From assembly GCA_964036045.1 (NCBI GenBank), contig OZ038379.1:52514001-52578000 (forward strand): 64,000 nucleotides of DNA, in the 5' to 3' direction. The translations under genes were made by a program, and so were the position numbers. Numbering within the stretch: the first letter of the stretch is position 1; every line of letters starts with the position of its first letter. The notes under the pieces are model-generated. The model did no database searches. It was not told where the DNA came from and worked only from the letters and a program-made list of their open reading frames with translations. Source of the stretch: Eutreptiella sp. 'Long Island Sound 2002' (taxonomy: Eukaryota; Protista; Euglenida). Shown piece after piece: positions 40,362 to 52,620 of the stretch.

Positions 40362-42915
40362 CAGGGGGTGCCGTAAAAAAAAAACTCAAAGTTTCCAATG
40401 CGCCCTACCTCACCAAAGCCCCTACACTAAGAGACACGCACAACACATTGTGGGCGCCGCGCCGGCTCTTTAAACGCACATCCGTCGTTCAAGGGTACAA
40501 TTGCGAGAAGTGTGCGGTCACACGGGCCAGCAATGCAGGCTTGGTACCGCGCACTGAGAGACTATGGAGTCTGCAAATGGACTTCAATTCAACCACTGTC
40601 CACTCAGTCATTGTCCCTTGCTTCATGGCTTTGCACACCTCACTGTCCACATCATATTGAAACTGCACTCTGGGACTGGGACCGCCGTCACTGGTAGGGC
40701 GCTGAATCTTGAGGGGGGCAGGGGGTACATCTTGCTGCACTATCGGTTCAAAGGCAGGGGAGGGGGCATCTACATCTTGATCAACATCACTAGCGTCACT
40801 TTCTGCATCCCCAATGACGCCATATGTCTCCCAAATCTCATCGCAATTGTGGCTGGCGTCGTTGCTCTGTGAGACAGTCCACAGAGCACGCATTTCATCC
40901 GTCACCTCAGTGGTGGGGCTGTCAACTGGGACTGCAAGATCCTTGAACGCCTGAAAATGAAGGAGTGGGCAGTCATCCAGCCCTAGTTTTTCATCTCCAT
41001 CTACTTTGTGCTTTCTGGGTCGACATGGAACGTCCTGTAATGCGTTAAACACGGCTGCGGGACACCAATCCTCTGGAGCCTCACCGTTACACCAAACAAG
41101 CAAATTATCACTCATGAAGTGTGTGGGTTGGCCTGCATCTGCTTGAATCATGTAACTAAACACACGCTCACATGAACAGGAGCTAGCCTCAGCGAAATCT
41201 GGCAGGCTGTCGGTGTTAACCCAATTGCCCTGAGCGAACCGCGCTTGCAGATCAGAAATGAGGGCGTTGAGAAAGCATGCCCGGCTACCACGCACAGGGC
41301 TGATCGCTGGGTCAACACACAGTCGGCTCTCCCACCCGCCCTGCAAAACATGTGTGCGCAGATGTGCAAGTTGGCTGCACATCACATTCACCAGACCACG
41401 CACGGCATCGATGGTTACACCTCGGTTGGCCTACACCAGTTTGCTGCCTGCACACACGATGGTGAAAACATCTGCAAAACAAGTCGCTGACACCCGGAAA
41501 AGATTGTTCGATAGGGCTGCCAGAAGTTCAGCGGCCTTCGCCTTCCGTTGTGTCTCTCTTTCAACAGAAATGTAATCGGGTAGGTGTTTGAGGGCTGCAT
41601 CCACATTTTGTAAAACAATTGTTAGCTCCCTGCCCATTGCTTCTACCCATCGCACTCCCGTGCGTCGCTAGAAGCAATGCTTGCCCCCATGCCGGCCTAG
41701 GCCACGCATTCGTTTCGAAGAGGTGCGGTAAAAAATGCACAGCAGGGAGACTGCCAAATCAAGTGCGCTATACCATGTCCTCACTGCGGCCTTCCCGTGG
41801 GCAACACTACGCATCAGCCCATGCGCAGCATCTCGGATCCAAACAATGGGGTCAACAATGGAGGGACTGCCCCTTTTCCCTTTTTCTGGCATTTTATGAT
41901 GACTATGACAAAGAGGGAAGGGGACACCAGAATTGACTGTCGAAGAGGTCGACTTCCAGGCAATGAACTTTCAACCTACAAAGAAACACGGTGTCCATTG
42001 ACACTGTGCCACTTTCTCCAGAAGGCTACAAGGAATGGTTCAGGGGGTTAGGGGTGCAAGTGCAGGCACAGTGCAGCAGCCGGTATGCCACCTCGTCGGC
42101 TGTACTCAATTGTTCACAGGTGCAGGTGCAGGTGTAGGCACAATGGGTGCAGGTGCAGGTGCAGGTGCAGGTGCAGGCAGGGGGCATAAATATGAACTGC
42201 ATTATCACACAAACAGCACAAAAAAATGTAAACTGTTTGCAACTTCCCTAACCTGTTAAAGTCCTAAAACGTGTGGAACCCGAGGGCAGGGGGCAAGAAG
42301 TCGGGGGTTGCCCAGGCGGGAGGGTAGGAGAGCAACTTACAGGTTTTTATTTTTAAAGCCCACCCTGCTCTCTTGGACCCCTTGGGTGCCTGGGCGTCCA
42401 CTCCTCCCCCCCAGTAGGGCAAGACGGTGAAACCTGCCTGCCCAGGCACCCAGCCATCAGACAGCACCTATTCAACTGAGAAAGGATGGTTCGCCAAAAA
42501 AGAAAAAAGAAAATTTGCAAAGCGGTGCTGTCAGTGGCCCCGTGTGTTTAACTGACTTTTGTTTGTTTTCTTGTCAGGGGCTGGTTGCTTCGGGGATGGG
42601 GTCGAGAGCAGGGGGGAGGGGTTTAAGGGGTATGTGTGCCTGTAACTAACTGAAAGGGTCCCCCCTAATGGGGGGACCTGTAGCAAACTGTAAGGGGGGC
42701 ATGCACATGCAAACATGCAAACATGAAGACATAAAAAACACCAAAAAAGCGAAGGTAAAATTATTGCAGGCAGCTGGGTTTGAACCCTGGACCTCTGAAA
42801 TGGGCGCCTAGTGCTACTACCAACTAAGCTATGCCAAGATCTGCTGAGCTTGAAACATCAGAGAGTGCATGCCATAGTAAAAAAAAAAGGCTGAGCGTCC
42901 ATATGGCACCCCCTG
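40362..42915 (-). mobile_element. hAT element (2554 bp), internally deleted; transposase relic ~40489-41900 with C-terminal SAP-like domain
   Basis: TIR CAGGGGGTGCC(G/A)TA; perfect 8-bp TSD CTTGGGAC at 40354-61 and 42916-23. Motifs: WIRDAAHGL, IFYRTSSKR, RWVEAM, SSCSCERVFSYM, WTVVELKSICRLHSLSVRGTKPALLARV. Confidence 0.95.
42766..42838 (-). pseudogene. tRNA-like 73-nt relic inside the hAT
   Basis: A box TAGCTTAGTTGG and B box GGTTCAAAC at tRNA spacing; stems only partly paired. Confidence 0.55.
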
Positions 42916-44286
42916 CTTGGGACTGTGCCCCCCAACTGGCTGTGTGTGGGTAGTTGGGGTGTGCTTTGCCCCCCCTCCTCCCAGGTTATGGACCCCCCGC
43001 CCCAGTGTGCATTGCAACCTGCCTTGTTGGTTTGTTGGCGGTTGATTTTTGGGTTGGTGGGTTGGTTGTTGGTAGGTTGGTTCGTGGGGTGCTGAGTTTG
43101 GCTGGCTGGCTGGTTGGTTGGCTGGTTGATGTGTGGGTAGGGTTTGTTGGTTAGTTGGATGTGTGCACATGTGCTGTAGCATGCTGTGTGTTGGCTGGGC
43201 ACTGTGCTGCATGCTGTGTGGTGTTGCTGCATCGTGTGTGTGTCTGGGAGCATGTATGTGCAGCCACTGCAAGGGTCCTAGGGGGTCCTGCAAACATTTC
43301 ATTGTGCCGTTCTAGCAACGTTCTAGCGAAGCAGTGTGTCGACCGCTGCTTCACTAGAACGTCGCTAGAACACCTCGCTAGAATGCCGCTAGAACAGCAC
43401 AATGAAATGTTTGCAGCACCCCCTAGGACCCTTGCAGTGGCAGCACATACATGCTCCCAGACACACACACGATGCAGCATCACCACACAGCATGCAGCAC
43501 AGTGTGCAGCCAACACCACAGACCACCACAGACCACCAACCACAGACCACTGACCACCAACCACAGACCACAGACCACCAAACACAGACCACCAGCCACA
43601 AACCACAGACCATAGACCAACAACCACAGACAACCAACCACAGACCACAGACCACAGACCACAAAACCACGCACATTGCTACAGCACATGTGCACACACC
43701 CAACTAACCAACAAACCCTACCCACACATCAACCAGCCAACCAACCAACCAGCCAGCCAGCCAGCCAAACTCAGCAGCCACAAACCAACCAACCAACAAC
43801 CAACCAAGCAACCCAAAAAGACTGACCGCCAACCAGCCAACAAGCCAAGTCCCACTGCACACCGGGGGGGGGTCCATAACCTGGGAGGAGGGGGGGACAA
43901 AGCACACCACAGCCTCACACCCCACAGCCCCACACAGCACAGCTCCGGACGGGGCGGCTGTACAACAAACACCACAGGCACACAGCAGGGAGGAGGGAAG
44001 GAGTAACACACCTACCTGTCAATGTGTCAATGTGTCCACGGCGCAGCCACTTTTCAAATGCACTCTCAAAAAAAAGCCACACCTGCAAAAAGGAAACACA
44101 TACCCTCCCTCACCTTAGGCCCAACAGGCAGGTTAGCCCCAGCACCCACGGCGCAACATGGAGGGGGGGGGGTGATAGCCCGACACTCAGGGGATGTTTG
44201 TGCAGTGTTTGTGTTCCGCCTCGAACCCCCTCCCCACCCTTGACATATTGTGTTATGTGTTGTGTTGTGCATATGCCTGTGCCAAA

Positions 44287-44317
<31 letters not shown>

Positions 44318-46019
44318 TGGCACCACATATGCCTCTGCATGCATCAAGTGTATTGATTTTTATGCGTGTATGTGTATTATCCACCCCCAGCCCCACTTTT
44401 CTGTCTGTCTGAGAATGTTTTTGTTCTAGTTTTGTTCTAGGCTAGAAGTTCTAGCGACCTTCCAGCGGCGCTCGCTAGATAGACGCTAGAACATCGCTAG
44501 AACGGGTTTTTTTGTCGTTCAATTTCAGGTCAAAAATGTGTTTTCCTGAAAAATAAGGTATGGACCCCCTAGTACGGTACCAGGGGTCCAAGTGGCACCC
44601 TTCATACCCCTGACCCCCTATGCCCATGGGTCGGGGTAACCACCACCTTTTTTCGTTTTAGCCTTCTAGCACCATCTAGGCTAGAACGGAATTGGGTCTT
44701 CTAGTGTGTACCTAGGGTAGGCGGCGCGGCATGGAGAATGCGGCTAGCGGACCCATGAGGGACACTGGAAAGGTAGAGTATGTGTCCCCTGTCTCCCTAT
44801 AGAGCTTGCGGGGGGGGGGGGGGATTCGGCATGGCAAGGGCCAGGCGTCGATCATGCGACCACAGGGCACTCTAGGAGCCCGGGCCAAAGCCATTTGAGG
44901 GCAAAAAAGAGGACACCTACCCTTGGCCACCCTACTCCTTAGTCGCGAAGGGTCAACACAGGCGGGGTGTCCTTGGGGCTCGGGCTTAGGTAACCCCTAA
45001 CCATTACCCACGGGCTCTTCTCTTACCCAAGATCACCGATTTCAATAAAAGCCACATGCCATTGTTAATGGTATAGGGCCTAGATGAGGCCAGCGTACGG
45101 CATGGAGCTAAGATGAAGGTTAGGGTCAACGAGCTGGTGAAAGTGGTCCTAGTTGTGTAACCCTCTATGGTGTTCATGGTGGACCTACTAGGTTTAGCTA
45201 GCAAGCAAGCAATCATGCGTGGTCAATTTTGACAAATTGTGAAACCTAGGCCTACCACTTGCCACACCCGTTCGCGGCCGCCATCGTTAAATTTCTTGCT
45301 CACACTTTGTGCGATGGTACTTCACACCAAGAGGTACGCCGCAGTGCAAATTTGGCCGAATCTGAAGCACAATGCCGGAGATATGATGCTTGCCCATTTC
45401 CAAGAAATGCCCTTTTGGGGGCGGTTTGGGTGTCTAGGATGTCCTTGAAGGGGGGCCAACTGCATTCAAACCAACCCAAACGAGGAAGAAACACTTTTGA
45501 TCGCCGATTTTGATTACCATGTATGGTGTTGTATTCCCAAATACTGGGTTTTGCAACCTCTTTTTTGGCACAAAAGGCCGCAAAATAAGCCTTGAAAAGC
45601 ACCCGTTTTGCATTCTTTTCGCAGTTCCACCCGTTGTGCAAAATTTGACAGCCATGGCTTGTGTTGGACACCCTTGTGGTGCTCAATAACAATGATGGGG
45701 ATCCCTTCCAATGTATGTTGGCACAATCAATCGCCCCATCGGAGTGATGGAGCACACACATTGCACGTGCCATGGTAGGGTTACGCAGGTCAGCGATGGG
45801 CCCAAAAGTGGTCAAAAATCATTTTTTCCAAATTTGTTCCTAGACCGTGTCGGGCTATTTTGAGCCATCTTGGACCCATATGAGTCCATGCAAGCTCTAA
45901 AAAGAACTTCAAAGGGGCAAGTTTGGTACTAACGGTGCAGCAAAGGGGCTTACGGGGCAGAACGCGGGGGGAAGGGTGATAGGGGCGGGGTGTGGGAGGA
46001 CTGCTAAGGAGGCACGTCT

Positions 46020-46850
46020 CTTGGGTGGGTAAAGCATGTGAGGAAGGCTTTGAGTGATGGTCATAGTGGGTGTGGTAGGAATCCTTCATGCTGTCCATCA
46101 AAATGCATCCTTATTCAGCGCCATAGGTGATGTTCCTGCCAATGGGTTAGGGTTAGGGGTTACCACAGGCCTAGGGGCTAGGACTTCCCCCCCTCTGTCG
46201 ATCTAGCGGAAAAATAGGGTCGCCAAGACCAAGTGTCTTTTCTTCCGCCCTCAAATGGCCCTGCCGCGGGATCCCGGAGCACCTTGTGGTCGCGTGATCA
46301 TCACCCAGGCCCACCGAGGCCATCTCCTCGCCCCCACCCCCCTCCCTTGGGCGGCAGCGGTTGCATACTTCACTTGTCCCAAACAATGTGCGCCGTCGGG
46401 CACCCTTTCCCCTGGATGCCAGCCGAGGTTGTCCCTCAATGTGCGGGGAGCAAGAATGTTGCACCCCCTTGTGCCCTTGGCATCACTTGCATGTGCCAGC
46501 TCTTTGCGCGTCGCACAAGGTCTACATGGGGCGGTGTTGCCCCACCCTCTTCAAACCCGCCCGCTGCGCCTTGAGTGGCAAATGGGTGGGGAGTTGTTGC
46601 TGGTCGATGGGGGGCTTCGCCACCCCTGCCCCCACCCCACTCCACAGTGGGGGCGATCTCTAGCTGCATCTCACCGGACCTTGTTGCGGCGAGGCAAGTG
46701 TCGTAGGAATTCTGCAGCCCCTCCGACCCCCACGCCACCACCACCCCCACCCCTATCCGCGGCAAGGACGGCGGAGGCCATGTCAAGTGCGGACATGCTG
46801 GGCAGACTAGTGGTGAGCCAGAAGGGGCGCCCATGGGGCGCCCTTCTTCA
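46020..46850 (-). mobile_element. Family C 3' part, inverted
   Basis: Reverse complement matches 39690-39830 and 44830-45000; GGGTTAGGGTTAGGGG at 46144-46159. Confidence 0.75.
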
Positions 46851-46863
46851 TTCGGGGACATTT

Positions 46864-46866
<3 letters not shown>

Positions 46867-46938
<72 letters not shown>
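46867..46938. repeat. (GT)n microsatellite; another at 53002-53059
   Basis: Pure GT runs. Confidence 0.97.
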
Positions 46939-46940
<2 letters not shown>

Positions 46941-48639
46941 TGGGGGAATGCCATATTAAAGAGGAAAACCTGCATGGGTGTTCGGGCCGCGCGCGCGCGT
47001 GTGTGTGTGTTGGGGGAGGGGGATTGCCCATCCCGCCCTATCATCCCGGTGTCGCGTGCCCCCTTCCCACAGCCGGGGCCACAACAGATCAGGTTTGCTT
47101 CACCGCAATTAGCTCCAACCGCGCCTGCCCCACGGTCTTCATTGCTCGCAGTTCAGTGTAACAGATCATTGTTCTATATGCTTGCTGTCCGAGTGTTCAA
47201 TGGCTGGGGTTGAGGGCCAAGGTCCCTTCCTCCCTACGGCACTGTACCAGGTCAGCTGTCGCCTGTTGGGCTGTAGGTTGGCAAACATGCTGCCAGGCTC
47301 ACGGCCGTATGCCTGGCTGTTTCTCTATTGGATCGGGGGCGCGCATGCTGGTCAGGGGTCACCAGTGGGCGGGCACTTGATGCTGTTGGCCCCATTCGGC
47401 CATGCCCTCCCCTTGTTTGCTTTTGTTGGACCTTGGGCCTAAAGGCCTGGTGGGTACAGTCGGACATACAGAGTTATCAGGCACATACATGTGTGTGTTC
47501 GGGTGTGTTAGGCGCAAGTCGTAGGAGAGAGAGTATCAGCAAGGGGGCACCAAGAGCTGTTCTTTGGGGTGGGGCGTATTCTATCTGAGGCGCCTGCTGC
47601 CCGAGCGGCGGCGCACTCGGCGCCAGCCCTGGAGGAGCCAGTTCGGACCCCGTTGCTGCCGATTGATGGGTGGGGCCTCCCATCGATCCCTTCGAGTACC
47701 GGTGGCGGCACGCGCTGCTGCAAGTGTGTGGTGCCACGATGCGTTTTTATTTTTGGTATTGGGGCGGGGGTGCTCCCCGGAGCAAAAAATAGACAAGACC
47801 TCCACCCGATCCGCCGGTACCGGCGGTGGCGCGGGCTGCTGTAGGGGTGGGTGGTTCCAACGATGCCCACTAGAGAGCTCTACGTGCAGGGGACCCAAGA
47901 GCCGCAGCCCCCAGGTATCGAACCCCCACACTGGACGACCGAAGACTACCGCTCTCGCTATTGGGCCGTCTATGTCTCTTACCAGTTTCTGCTCTGCCAT
48001 TTGACGGGGGGTGTTCCCAAGGGGGGGGGGGGGGTCGTACTCGCGGCCGTGGTACGTCTAGCGTGCTTGTGTTTGTGTGTGTGTGTGTGCTAGAACAGGG
48101 GTGGCATTCTGATCGGTGTGACACATCGAGAGCCTTCAGTGCTGCAGGTAGATGTTGTGTTTGTGGAGAGAGAGAGCGTGTCAGGAGAGTGAAACTCAAT
48201 CCGTGTCGGCGACCTCGTTGGAGGGGAGTGGGGAGCTGGTGCCGGAGACTGGGGCCCGAGATCGCCAGTGGGAGGGTGGAGTGGAGCGGCCCGTGGACGG
48301 ACATTGCATCCTTGAAGGGGGGCGTGCAAACTTCAATGTCCACCAGTCCACCGTTGAGCCCATGGACTTGGGGCGTGACATACTCCGCGTGTCGACAACT
48401 GCGTTTGGGCTACGGAGTGGTAGTTGGCTCTGGTGGGGGGTTGCTGAGGGGAGGTTTGTCCCCTCCTCTCCTCCCTTTCTGTGTTGGTCACCGCATGCTG
48501 TGGGGGGAGGGGGGTGCCGTGATCTCCCACCCCCTCCATTGCTGTCCACATAGCTGGAGCTTCAAGGTCGGAATCCGGCTCCGAATCCGACTCGTCCAGA
48601 GAGTACCCACCCGCCAGTGATACCGTGACTTGTCCCTTT

Positions 48640-49060
48640 AGCAGGGGGGAGCGCCGGCGTCCTATGTAAGCCAGCCGGTCCGCGTGCGTATTACCATCCA
48701 CACCAATATGCGAGGGGACGTGCAGCCACTGTATGGCCGTCCCTCGCCACTATATGGCCGCAGCCGGGGGGGCACACACGGCCGGTGTCGCGTGCAGCCA
48801 GTAAGGCTAGCGCGGTGTACTGCTGCAACTCTCACATGCGGTGGCACAGGGCCCCCAACCCTCTAGCATGAGGTGCAACTCCTCGGTTTGCCAAAGCGTC
48901 CGCCATACCCACCAGCCTTGCCGAGGCTCCTACCTCTACTGCCAAACGACTTGCATCGAGCGCCCTGCATGCCGCACGGGCGGCCGGGCCATTTCCCCCA
49001 CAACCGCCCGCACTAGCATCCAATGAGGGCCCGGCGCGCACGAATGACGCGCCGGCCCCA
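48640..49060 (-). mobile_element. RNase H relic of a retroelement
   Basis: AIQWLHVPSHIGVDGNTHADRLA; the upstream part is homologous to 38150-38270. Confidence 0.8.
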
Positions 49061-49067
49061 GTGAGAC

Positions 49068-50460
49068 TTTTTTTTTTTTTTGAACTCGTGACCGAAGTTC
49101 CACCAAGTGTCCATTGAGAGTACACATAGCAGGTCATGGGTCAGTGACAGGGCCGACTTTGGGTATGGGTTTGGTATGACCTAGCCTCACCAAGACGGCT
49201 GCGGCGGGGTGGCGGGAGGAACGAGTCCTGCGCCTTGCCCCACCCCTGTCGCCCCGTTTGCACGGGTATGCGCGTCCTCCCGGACCTCTCGGGGTGTTAC
49301 AATCAAGTCAAGACTATGACATCGCCCATGTCCTCCAGCGGGATTTCCATATCCTGGAGATCACTAGGAACCTCCGGCGCCTCTGTCCTCCGTTTCTTGT
49401 GTGTCTCGGGTGGGTTCTCGTCCCGCAAGCGCTTCATGCGCTGTGCGGTGGCCCCCCGGATGTCCCATCGGGGGTCCGACAAAATCGTCCGCCGTAAGGC
49501 CGTAAGGGTCACCGCGTGCACTTGGGACATATGCCGCCATTCGGATGCTTCTTCCGCTTGGATGCCGGTGGACAGCGAAACATGTGCCTGCTCCCAACAC
49601 GAGGATGCCACGGCGAGCTTGCGCGACACCGTGGACCGCGCCTCGGGGAGGACAGCTGTTCGCCACTGGCGGAAGCGTAGTCGGCGAGAATCCGCCATCC
49701 AGGACAAGTGGTAGACCGCCTGTTGCGCTTCTAAATACCACCGCGTCGTATGTTCCTTGTAGAGGAAGTACGCTTGCCGGCACAAGTGCTCGTGGTGGTG
49801 TGCCAAGAAGAGGGACTTCTGTGTGACGGCTTGCCGGGCGAGTGCCTGCGCCACCTCTTCCAGGCAGAGTCGTGCGGCCTGCATTTGGGCGTGTAGCACG
49901 AGACGCCTAGCCTGTTCCAGGAAGGGTCCGGCATGAATTTCACGAGACTCGCGCGGCGGTGAGACCGGAGCCTGTGCCGGTGGCGGCGACGGTTCTCTGG
50001 GCCGTTTGCGCGGCGGTGCTACATGGTGGTGCCGGGCCATGGCCTCCAAGACCCACGTGCGCTCGGCAGTGGTGACCGCTTGTGTCAATTGCCACCGAAG
50101 TTCCTCCACCGTGGGCGCAGTATCTGTGAAACGTGGCTCTGATGGCGGCGGGATCGACAGTACGCCTCTCACGTGGTTCCAAATGTTGCGGGCCGTAGGT
50201 TTAGCTACCTGCGGCAGGGCCCAAGCAACAGGTGGGACAATGTGCGTGGGCCGCTTGTTGCTGACGAAAGTTGGGGCGTGCTGCAGCTTGTCAACGACCC
50301 ACGCCTGCAATCGCTGGAATACGTGGAAGTGCCATGTGGCAACTACCACCCCAGTGAGACTCGCCGCCATGGTACCGTCACAACTCGAAGCACCTCCCTT
50401 GCCTAGGGGACTCGCGTGGGGCACCACAAAGCCCGCTCGCCGCTTGTTCGAGGTGCACTA
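49068..50460 (-). mobile_element. Poly(A)-tailed retroposed segment with an uninterrupted 374-codon ORF (49303..50427)
   Basis: T14 on the plus strand at 49068-49081 lies downstream of the ORF on the minus strand; helical, W/R-rich protein, no family recognised. Confidence 0.45.
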
Positions 50461-51119
50461 GGTCCTTCTCTCCTACCGCAGCTATCACCATGACCCTGTT
50501 GGCCTCCTCAACTCACCTCCGTGAGAGAGAGGAGCAAGGCCGGGTACGGAGCCGGAGCTTAGAGCTCAAAGCACAAGGACATCGGCGGCCTAGCCCCCCC
50601 ACCACAACAAGAGAAGAGCAAGGCCACCAATACCGTTGCCCCCCCACACCCACCCACCAAAGGCAGCGGGGCATGGATGGCCCATGCACCCGCCCCTCTG
50701 GATTGGTGGTCCACAGAGCCCTCAACAAGCTCTAGTGCCATGTGAGATGGGCGGGCATACTATGGCATGCACCAAATGCACACCATCCCGGAGGTCAAGG
50801 AGTGCACCCGTGAAATCCCATGCTGCCCCGCTTACCTCCCCCAGCCGCTTCATGGACCACATCCTCTACGGCTTGTCCCCCCAAAACACCATCTAGGGGG
50901 TGTGCAAACACCTCCCATACCGATGATTCCGCTAGCTACTCTAACCCGGCCGGTCTAAGTGGCGCCGCGCAATGGCGTAGAGTTGCAAGCTTGTAATGAC
51001 CTGAAGATACTCCGGCTTGCTTCGTGCACTTAGCGCCATTAGCCAGGGAGGGGGGATAACAGCATTGGATGGTGGGCCTCAGCCCACACGGAGGCCCAAC
51101 ACAACGTGGGGGGTGCAGT

Positions 51120-51960
51120 GAACACATGCCTCTAGTACATCGGAGCTAGGGTGCGCAATGGGTGCGCACGGCTGCTACGAGGTGGGTGGGGGGGATCGTG
51201 CGGGTCCACCTCCACCCACTGCACCATCTCATGCTCAACGGAGATGTGCATTCCCACCCTGGGACAATGAGGGTGTTGCCAACATCACGTCCCTACACCT
51301 CCATGCCAACGAGATTACGGTGTGAGACACTAGCATGGGGTTGTTGCAAGAGACCAAACTTTTTGCGGCGGCAGCGCGTGCTATGTGGGACCTTGTGTCA
51401 ACACGGGTGGGAGGTTTTGTGGGAAAATCCCCTGCAGTCGCGGGGAGAAGGATCTGGGATGTTGCCGGGGGGGGGGGGGGCGTTATACTCATGCACGCCA
51501 GGAACAGAGCACAAGTGGCTAGGCTGCCAAAAAAGCGGGAACTCGACCCGGTTGCCCGGGATCTATGAGCCTCGGCTAGGTTGCTACATGTGCATGTCAC
51601 GACGGAAAATAGGTCAACGGTCCTGCGAGTGTTGTGTGTGTAAAGAGTGCACAGAAACCTGGAGCTCAACGCCGAGCTATGGGACTCAGTCCATTGGTAT
51701 GCCGCGCAGTTGGGGAACATGCCGTTCCTCATCGGCGGTGACTTCACATTTCCGTTGGCGGATATGCGCCGGACCCCATCAGTGCTGCTAGGTCACTTGC
51801 TAAGCCAATGCCTCACCGACGTGAACGCCACCTTCGCACGGGACCTAGAGAAACCAGTGCTCTTACCATCCGCACGGCACACATCCCAGCACCTACATCA
51901 ATGGCATGTTGGCCAATGCGTGGGTTGCAACCATGGTGACGAGCCTAGCACCGCTCTGGG
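51120..51960 (+). mobile_element. LINE ORF2 5' relic: 2A-like peptide plus APE endonuclease
   Basis: LMLNGDVHSHPGT followed by MRVL(I)ANITSL, GLLQETK and PFLIGGDF. Confidence 0.85.
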
Positions 51961-52077
51961 ACACGGACATCCCGCTGCATACCCCTATATTGTTCATGGT
52001 GCCACGAGAGGCGGTGGTGCAGCACATGGTAAAGGCCATCAAGCTGCGCCCCGTGACCGCGCGGCACACCTAAGGCC

Positions 52078-52620
52078 CGAGTCCCACAGCTCGGCGTTGA
52101 GCTGCAGGTTTCCGTGCACTCTTTACACGCGCAGCACGTGCAGGGCCGTGGACCCGTTTCCCATAGCGACGCGCACGTGCAGGAACCTGGCTGAGGCTCA
52201 CAGGTCCCGCTTTTTTGGCAGCTTGGCTACCTCTACCGTGTGCCCGGCGAGCACATCCCAGATCCCTCTCCCCACAACTGCAGGGGATGTTCCCACAAAA
52301 ATTCCCACCTGTGTTGGCGTAGGGTCCCACGCAGCACGCACTACTGCCGCCAAAAGTTTGGTCTGTTGTCACAACACCATGTTAGCGTCTCACACCGCAA
52401 TCTCGTCAGCATAGAGGCGTAGGGGTGTGGTGTTGGCAATCAACACCTTCATTGACCCTGGGTGCGAATGCACATCCCCGCTGAGCATGAGACGGTGCAG
52501 TAGGTGGAGGTGGATCCGCACAACTCCCCCCCGCCCCCGCAGAAATCGTGCGTACCCGTCGTGAGCCCTAGCTCCGATGTCCTGGAGGCATGTGCTCACC
52601 TCACCCCCCACTTTGTGCCG
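52078..52620 (-). mobile_element. Second copy of the same APE 5' region, inverted
   Basis: LLHRLMLSGDVHSHPGSMKVLIANTTPL; reverse-complement homology to 51120-51690. Confidence 0.85.

Larger units (their letters stand above)
39958..44717. mobile_element. Family A foldback element, copy 2 (opposite orientation to copy 1), hosting a nested hAT
   Basis: Same TIRs as copy 1; TA at 39956-57 and 44718-19; 2198 bp once the hAT and one TSD copy are removed. Confidence 0.92.
37687..45080 (+). mobile_element. Family C unit with RNase H-like relic, interrupted at 39957 by family A and bounded by junction blocks
   Basis: AIRLVADVGASAMLMGMAG (GDS-type RNase H segment) near 38140 and DYFLLDYYPHGDPG at 38913; junction blocks at 37687 and 44914. 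Confidence 0.65.

Noticed and set aside
47910-47975. A-box/B-box-like motifs on the minus strand
   Set aside because: Spacing is about 8 nt too short for a tRNA and no stems form.
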